A DNA stretch of 64,000 bases. It comes from Candidatus Portnoybacteria bacterium. Its GTDB lineage: Bacteria; Patescibacteriota; Minisyncoccia; Portnoybacterales; GWB1-42-6. Below the pieces are notes generated by a model. That model saw only the letters and a list, made by a program, of their open reading frames with translations, was not told where the DNA came from and searched no databases. Location: NCBI GenBank assembly GCA_028688325.1, contig JAQTYI010000002.1, forward strand, positions 9,395-73,394, written 5' to 3'. Below, piece by piece: positions 58,502 to 64,000 of this stretch. Every line of letters begins with the position of its first letter. Position 1 is the first letter of the stretch. A program made the translations under genes and the position numbers.

Positions 58502-59764
58502 TTATATCTTCTGAATGTCTGCACCAATATTTTTCAGCCTTCCTGCCAAATCTTCATATCCCCTCTCTATCTGATAAATATTGCTTATTTCCGTCTTTCC
58601 TTTCGCTATCAAAGCAGCGATAATCAAGGCGATGCCGGCGCGCAGATCGGGAATCACGAGCTTGCGGCCGTAAAGTTTGGTCGGGCCATTGACCACTGCC
58701 CTGTGCGGATCGGCCATAATAATATCGGCTCCCATTTGCGTTAAAGTATCGGTAAAAAGTAAACGGCGGTCGTATATTGTTTCGTGTATCAAACTGGAAC
58801 CATGGGCCTGGGTCATAAGCACTGTGTAGGCAGATTGCAGGTCGGTGGCAAAGCCCGGGTATTCATGGGTCACAACATCTTCCGCTAAAATTTTGGCGCT
58901 CGGCTTTATTTTGATGCTGCTTTTGCCCAATTCATAATTTACGCCGATCTTGTCAAACAAAGCCCAAAGCGCGCCCAAATGCGCCGGCTCGCAATCCTCG
59001 ATAATGATTTCACCGCTGTTTGACGCGGCCGCCAGAATGGCGAAAGTCCCCGCTTCAATGCGATCGGGAATTATTTTATACTCCCCGCCACCCAATTTAT
59101 CAACGCCCGTTATTTTAATGGTCGGCGTGCCTGCGCCGCTGATTTTCGCCCCCATGCGGTTTAAAAGATCCGCCAGCGCCGAAATTTCCGGCTCCATGGC
59201 GCAATTTTCCAAAATGGTTTCTCCTTGCGCCAGGCAAGCCGTGGTCATCAAGCTTTCCGTGCCAGTCACGGTGACTTTGGGAAAAAATATTTTCGCACCC
59301 CGCAATTTCTTAGCAGTCAGGCGATAACTGTTTTCTAAAATTTCCGCCTTGGCGCCCATTTTGGCGAACCCGTCCAAAAACATATCGATGGGGCGCGTCG
59401 CGCCGATAACACAGCCGCCTGGATGAGGAAAATAAACCTCGCCGCAAGTGGCCAGAAGCGGCCCGACAAACATGACCGCCGCGCGGAATTTATTGACGAG
59501 GTCCGCCGGCAGATTAACGCAAACCTTGCTTTTTCGCTGAATTTGCATCACGCTGCCGCCCAGATCTTTTACCTCATGGCCCAAAGCAACCAGCATTTCC
59601 TGCGCCCGGTGGCAATCTTCGATGTCCGGCACATTGATCATTTTTATCGGCTCATCCATCATTAAGGCCAGCGGAAAAACCTTAAGCGCGGCATTTTTTG
59701 CGCCCTTGACCTTAATGGTTCCGCTAAGCGGTTTTTGGCCATTTATGACGAATTTCGACTCCAT
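58502..59764 (-). CDS. murA: UDP-N-acetylglucosamine 1-carboxyvinyltransferase
   Basis: Full-length MurA collinearity with catalytic Cys loop (…HPGGCVIG…). Confidence 0.95.
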   Translation of the reverse strand: MESKFVINGQKPLSGTIKVKGAKNAALKVFPLALMMDEPIKMINVPDIEDCHRAQEMLVALGHEVKDLGGSVMQIQRKSKVCVNLPADLVNKFRAAVMFVGPLLATCGEVYFPHPGGCVIGATRPIDMFLDGFAKMGAKAEILENSYRLTAKKLRGAKIFFPKVTVTGTESLMTTACLAQGETILENCAMEPEISALADLLNRMGAKISGAGTPTIKITGVDKLGGGEYKIIPDRIEAGTFAILAAASNSGEIIIEDCEPAHLGALWALFDKIGVNYELGKSSIKIKPSAKILAEDVVTHEYPGFATDLQSAYTVLMTQAHGSSLIHETIYDRRLLFTDTLTQMGADIIMADPHRAVVNGPTKLYGRKLVIPDLRAGIALIIAALIAKGKTEISNIYQIERGYEDLAGRLKNIGADIQKI

Positions 59765-59765
59765 G

Positions 59766-59935
59766 AATTTATGCTTTAGCGAGGCGTCCGCTGAGAAAAA
59801 TGTCGCGCAGCCGCGCTGCTAAATCTTTTTATTTAAACCATCATTGCGCGGCGAGCGCCAAGCAGCAGCCGGGGTTGTACATTATGCTATCGCGACATGG
59901 CTGACTGCGGTTTTTCGAAGCGGACGCCGAGTCGC
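59766..59935. repeat. MITE-like element (gcgaggcgtccgctgagaaaaatgtcgcgcagccgc … ctgactgcggtttttc…)
   Basis: ~160 bp with imperfect inverted termini; second copy at 62268-62432. Confidence 0.65.
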
Positions 59936-60054
59936 TTTCATCTTAAATTAAAACGCCCCATCTGACAAGTTTTACTGGATATCGGACTTAAGTTGTAGTA
60001 TAGTGGATTTAATATATGACCCGTAAAATTCGCCGTTAGATTTTTTATTGCCTC

Positions 60055-61056
60055 GTGCTTCTTTTTCTCATCGCCACCCCGCCCACTATTTTTTACGCCA
60101 TGGGTTATTCTTTCGATTGGCAAACAAAAACTTTGGCGCAAAGCGGCGGTTTTTATTTTAAATCGCTGCCTGATGCCGCCGATATTTTCATCAACGGCCA
60201 GAACCAAAAAACTACTCCGCGGCTGATATCCCGCCTGGCTCCAAAAACTTACGACATAACCATAAGCAAAAATGGTTTTTTCCCCTGGCATAAAAACCTG
60301 GCGATCGAGCCGAGCTTGGTGGCCGAAGCGCGAAATATAATATTGTTCCCGCAAAATATTCAACCGGAAAAAATCGCCAACACCACTTCCACCATCACCG
60401 ATTTTTTGGCTTCGCCCGAAGAAAAGCAGAACCAGTTAAGAGCCAAAAAGATTGCAACAAGCACCGCCGGCTGGCTAAACAAGGGCAACGATATCTTCTA
60501 TGTCAGCAACGCCAATTTCATCTTATACCGCCAGGACCTGGGCGGATTTATCAAAGAACAGCTTTCTAAGGAGCCGCTGCCCAAAGAAAATTACAAGATA
60601 ATCAACAGCTCCAATGGCCGTTTTCTGGCGCTGGACGGCAAAGGCGTTCTATATTTGCTAAATAAAAATACCGGCATATTTGAGCAAGCCGCGGACCGGG
60701 TCAAAGACGCGTTATTCTCCGGCGACGACAAAAAAATACTGATAAGAAAAACCAACGAGATAAGGATTTTATACATCGAGGATATCCTGATCCAGCCCTA
60801 TAAAAAAACAGGCGAGGAAGAACTTATCACCCGCTCCGGCCAGACAATTTTGCAGGCCGTTTTTTACCCCGACAACGAACATATCGCTTTTGTCGCGAGC
60901 GACCAGATAAAAATTATTGAGCTTGACGGCCGCGACAGCCGCAACAGCGTTGATTTCGTCTCCGCGCCCAATTCCCAAATTTATTTTGACGGATCAAATT
61001 CATCTTTTTATTATTTATCCAAGAACGAGCTTTTCCGGGTGAAATTGGAATTATAG
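60055..61056 (+). CDS. PEGA-domain membrane-anchored protein
   Basis: GTG start. N-terminal TM. PEGA motif ADIFINGQNQKTTP…LAPKTYDITISKNGFFPW. Confidence 0.55.
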   Translation: MLLFLIATPPTIFYAMGYSFDWQTKTLAQSGGFYFKSLPDAADIFINGQNQKTTPRLISRLAPKTYDITISKNGFFPWHKNLAIEPSLVAEARNIILFPQNIQPEKIANTTSTITDFLASPEEKQNQLRAKKIATSTAGWLNKGNDIFYVSNANFILYRQDLGGFIKEQLSKEPLPKENYKIINSSNGRFLALDGKGVLYLLNKNTGIFEQAADRVKDALFSGDDKKILIRKTNEIRILYIEDILIQPYKKTGEEELITRSGQTILQAVFYPDNEHIAFVASDQIKIIELDGRDSRNSVDFVSAPNSQIYFDGSNSSFYYLSKNELFRVKLEL

Positions 61057-61276
61057 CAGCCCCGGCAAATAACTCGGGAAACCAAAAATCCCGTTTCGCG
61101 TTAGGCGAGCGGGATTTTTATATTGCAATTAGCTATAAGCCATTTGCCATAAGCTACTTTACCGCTTTGCCCACTGCGGTCGCTTCGCTCCTTAAAACCT
61201 TGCGGTTTTAATATTTCCACCGCGGGGAAACACCCAGTTTCCCCGTCGCCCCTTCTGCCGCATCGGTCAAAACGGA

Positions 61277-61870
61277 TTACCGCTTTGCCCACTGCGGAGC
61301 GCGGCGGGCTTTTTTCAGGCCGTATTTCTTTCTTTCCTTGGCTCGCGGGTCGCGTTTTAAGTAGCCGACTTTTTTCAGTTTCTTGCGAAAATCAATATTG
61401 AAATCAACCAGCACGCGGGCGATGCCATGACGCAGGGCCTCGGCCTGGGCGTGAGCGCCCCCGCCTTTTATCTTGGCCACTATCTCGAACCTGTTCAGGG
61501 ATTTTAACCGGCGCAGCGATGCCTCGGCTATCTGGCACAATTCCATGGTCGTAAAATATTGCCGGTACGGCTTGCCGTTTACGGTTATTCTGCCCTCATC
61601 GCCTTCAAAGGGCTTGATGGTCAAAAGGCGCACGCGAGCGATGGCGGTCTTTCTCCGGCCGACAGCTTCGTAGTAACGCTTGTTCTTTTTGTCTTTGGGC
61701 TCAAAATCGGCTTCGGTCAATTCCCTATCCTCGACAACAGCAGTTGGAATATTTTTGATTTCTTCCATCGGCAACTCCAAAATTTCCTCTTTTCGGGGCT
61801 TAATCGGCTTTTTGACCGCCGGCTTCCTTGCTGCCGGTTTCTTCGGTTTTGTTTCTTTTTCTTTTACCAT
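61277..61870 (-). CDS. rpsI: 30S ribosomal protein S9 with ~65-aa lysine-rich N-terminal extension
   Basis: C-terminal …GGGAHAQAEALRHGIARVL…KARRAPQWAKR is canonical S9. Confidence 0.9.
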   Translation of the reverse strand: MVKEKETKPKKPAARKPAVKKPIKPRKEEILELPMEEIKNIPTAVVEDRELTEADFEPKDKKNKRYYEAVGRRKTAIARVRLLTIKPFEGDEGRITVNGKPYRQYFTTMELCQIAEASLRRLKSLNRFEIVAKIKGGGAHAQAEALRHGIARVLVDFNIDFRKKLKKVGYLKRDPRAKERKKYGLKKARRAPQWAKR

Positions 61871-61894
61871 ATTATCTGTTTTGCGGTTTTAAAA

Positions 61895-62257
61895 CTATTT
61901 TGCTTCTTTCTTAAAAAGTTTCAGATTATTAATGATTTTGTCGCGCGTGCGGTTTTTCGGCAGCATGCCATAAACCGCGAGCTTCAACACTTCCCGAGAA
62001 TCCTTGGTCATAAGCTTTTCCAGGGCTATCTCTTTAAGCCCGCCCGGATAGCCGGAGTGATGCCTATACATTTTCTGTTTCAATTTTTTGCCGGTGAATT
62101 TTAAAAGGTCGGTGTTATAAACTTTCACGATATTTTCCGGAGTTATCCTGGGCAGAAAATTAGCGGTATTCTTGCTGCGCAGTAAAACCGCCGCCTCAAC
62201 GGCCAACCGGCCAAGGATTTTTCCCTTAGCATCAATTGTATGCTCTTTTCTTTCCAT
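61895..62257 (-). CDS. rplM: 50S ribosomal protein L13
   Basis: KGKILGRLA… L13 N-terminus. The ORF-track start at 62308 includes repeat-derived codons. Confidence 0.9.
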   Translation of the reverse strand: MERKEHTIDAKGKILGRLAVEAAVLLRSKNTANFLPRITPENIVKVYNTDLLKFTGKKLKQKMYRHHSGYPGGLKEIALEKLMTKDSREVLKLAVYGMLPKNRTRDKIINNLKLFKKEAK

Positions 62258-62267
62258 ATTTTTACTC

Positions 62268-62432
62268 TTAAGCGAGGCGTCTGCTGAGAAAATGTCGCGC
62301 AGCCGCACCGTTAATCAATTTATGCTTATTCTGTGTTTATTGCGCGGCGAGCGCCAAGCAGCAGCCGAATTTGAACTCTCTATTATGCCTTTTGGCTGAC
62401 TGCGGTTTTTCTCAGCGCCTACGCCGAACGAT
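62268..62432. repeat. MITE-like element inserted between rplM and rplQ
   Basis: Homologous to 59766-59935. Confidence 0.65.
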
Positions 62433-62434
62433 TT

Positions 62435-62767
62435 TTATTTCAAAATTTCAATGAAAGCCATTTTGGCGCTGTCGCTCAGGCGCCGGCCAAGCTTGGTAAC
62501 GCGGGTATAGCCGCCCTGTCTTTGAGCAAAGCGAGGCGCAATTTCTTTATAAACCTTCTTAGCCGCAGTCGAAGGCAAAACAGCCGCAATGGCGCGCTTT
62601 GACGCCAGGGTGTTTTTCTTGCCGTAGCTTATTAATCGCTCAACCAAAGAACGCACTTCCTTGGCCCGGGCCTCGGTGGTCTTGATCTTTTCTTTCAGGA
62701 TCAGGTTCGCCGCCAACGATTTCAGAAACGCCCGGCGCTGATCTTTTGTTCTTCCGAATTTTCGCAT
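62435..62767 (-). CDS. rplQ: 50S ribosomal protein L17
   Basis: MRKFGRTKDQRRAFLKSLAANLI… is canonical L17. Confidence 0.9.
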   Translation of the reverse strand: MRKFGRTKDQRRAFLKSLAANLILKEKIKTTEARAKEVRSLVERLISYGKKNTLASKRAIAAVLPSTAAKKVYKEIAPRFAQRQGGYTRVTKLGRRLSDSAKMAFIEILK

Positions 62768-62889
62768 AATTATGTTTTCCGCGTTTTTCCGCAAAAATTA
62801 ACCTTATTCTATTAACTCGTCTTCGCTGAACCGTGCGGAACTATACGCAGAAATACGCTGAAATTAAGTTCCGCGCAGTTTCGCGGTTT

Positions 62890-63831
62890 TTATTCTTTCA
62901 ATGTCAACCCCAATTTTTTCAAAGCTTTCTTTATTTCCGCTATCCCTTTGTCTCCCATGCCATCAAGTTCCCGCAAAGACGCTTCGCTCTTTTTTATCAG
63001 CCCGCCGACGGTTTTGATTCCGCCGTCCGTTAAAGAGCTTATGGTCCTGGTTGATAATTTTAAGTCCTCTGTTTTTATCTTAGCCGCGTCTTCTTTGCCG
63101 TCCGCGTCTTCTTTTAATCCGCCGCCGGCCTCTTCTTCCGCTTGTTCTCTTCCTGCCAAAGCTGAAAATTGCTCCACTAAAATTTCGCAGGTCTTGGCAA
63201 AGGCCTCTTCCGCGGAAGTACTGCCGTCGGTCTCGATGTCAAAACGCAATTTATTATAATCTGTCCTGTCGCCGACGCGCATATTTTCCACTTCAAAATT
63301 GACTTTTCTAATCGGAGAAAAAAGCGCGTCTACGGCGATCATGCCGATATCCTGCTTGTCTTTTTTTCTTGACTCCACCGGCACAAAGCCCAGTCCCGAA
63401 GCCACTTCAATTTCAATTTCCAGCTCCGCTTTTTTGTCGGTTAACGAGGCGATTGGCGCTTCTTTGTTTATAATCTCTATGTCGGCGCTTGTTTTAATGT
63501 CCGCGGCCGTAACATCTTTTTCGCCTTTTACCGACAAAGTTAGCATCACCGACTCCTCTATGTGCTTTTTAAAGCGCACCTGGCGCAAATTCAAAATTAT
63601 TTCAATAACATCCTCGGCCACATGAGGAATGGTTGAAAATTCATGATGCACGCCCTTAATCTTCACAGCCACCACGGCCGCGCCGGGCAGCGAAGACAGT
63701 AAAACGCGCCTCAGGGCATTGCCCAAAGTCACGCCGTAACCGGGGTATAAACCTTCAATTTCAAAAATAGTCCTGTTGCCTTCGTTTTTAACTATCTTCG
63801 GTTTTTGCGGAAGATTTATTTTCATAGACAT
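62890..63831 (-). CDS. rpoA: DNA-directed RNA polymerase alpha subunit
   Basis: N-terminal dimerisation domain plus C-terminal CTD helix-hairpin-helix (…ELDGMGDKGIAEIKKALKKLGL). Confidence 0.95.
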   Translation of the reverse strand: MSMKINLPQKPKIVKNEGNRTIFEIEGLYPGYGVTLGNALRRVLLSSLPGAAVVAVKIKGVHHEFSTIPHVAEDVIEIILNLRQVRFKKHIEESVMLTLSVKGEKDVTAADIKTSADIEIINKEAPIASLTDKKAELEIEIEVASGLGFVPVESRKKDKQDIGMIAVDALFSPIRKVNFEVENMRVGDRTDYNKLRFDIETDGSTSAEEAFAKTCEILVEQFSALAGREQAEEEAGGGLKEDADGKEDAAKIKTEDLKLSTRTISSLTDGGIKTVGGLIKKSEASLRELDGMGDKGIAEIKKALKKLGLTLKE

Positions 63832-63898
63832 ATAGATCAGTCCCCCTTGCCAATCATTGATTTATATGATCGGCCCGAAATCCTGAACCATAAAATTA

Positions 63899-64000
63899 TT
63901 ACCTGGAATAATATTCAACGATTAAGCCGATGGAAGAAACATCTCCCAGTTCATCTGCCGTCGGCGCGGCCAGAACTTTAGCTTCCAATTTATTTTGCTC
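63899..64000 (-). CDS. rpsD: 30S ribosomal protein S4, C-terminal fragment (window edge)
   Basis: The minus-strand translation ends …SSIGLIVEYYSR, then a stop at 63899. Confidence 0.75.
   Translation of the reverse strand, partial: EQNKLEAKVLAAPTADELGDVSSIGLIVEYYSR

Noticed and set aside
61101-61292. 63-aa minus-strand ORF downstream of rpsI
   Set aside because: It spans the duplicated rpsI 3' end and the hairpin-rich insert, so it is an artifact of the duplication.
62435-62794. Longer N-terminus for L17 (MRKNAENIIM…) and for L13 (MRLRDIFSADASLKSKNM…)
   Set aside because: Canonical L17 and L13 N-termini begin at the internal Met. The extra codons of L13 are encoded by the inserted MITE, so the starts were trimmed.

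Overview
This 64 kb window is a gene-dense chromosomal segment in which almost every gene is on the minus strand. Most of it is housekeeping. The conserved core is: rlmN, a DedA-family membrane protein and a partial P-type ATPase; typA; dnaX with tRNA-Gln(CUG); lysS and greA; PBP2 (mrdA) with mreD, mreC and mreB, then rseP and frr; holB; murA; and rpsI, rplM, rplQ, rpoA and the 3' end of rpsD. Two accessory modules interrupt this core. (1) A diversity-generating retroelement (DGR) at about 8.8-11.5 kb. It has a DGR-type reverse transcriptase, an Avd-like four-helix-bundle gene, and a 131-bp template repeat / variable repeat pair. All 15 mismatches in that pair fall on template adenines, in the C-type-lectin-like C-terminus of a small target protein. 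(2) An AT-rich island at about 22.1-26.8 kb, lying against the 3' end of tRNA-Gln and bounded on the far side by a truncated serine-recombinase remnant. It carries a five-gene overlapping operon: an HNH nuclease, a small protein, an ABC/SMC-like coiled-coil ATPase, a second small protein and a HEPN (Rx4H) protein. This is a candidate multi-component defense system and resembles Septu, Lamassu or ABC-3C-type systems. A type II restriction-modification pair (SPPY methyltransferase plus endonuclease) sits between frr and a BNR-repeat gene. The genome also carries several families of short palindromic dispersed repeats (MITE-like or Rickettsia-RPE-like). Some copies sit exactly on gene 5' ends. 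Others are inserted in frame inside dnaX and a GT4 glycosyltransferase. A FadL/TodX-type outer-membrane beta-barrel gene implies a diderm envelope. All calls rest on reading motifs in the translated ORFs and on by-eye alignment; no database search was possible.
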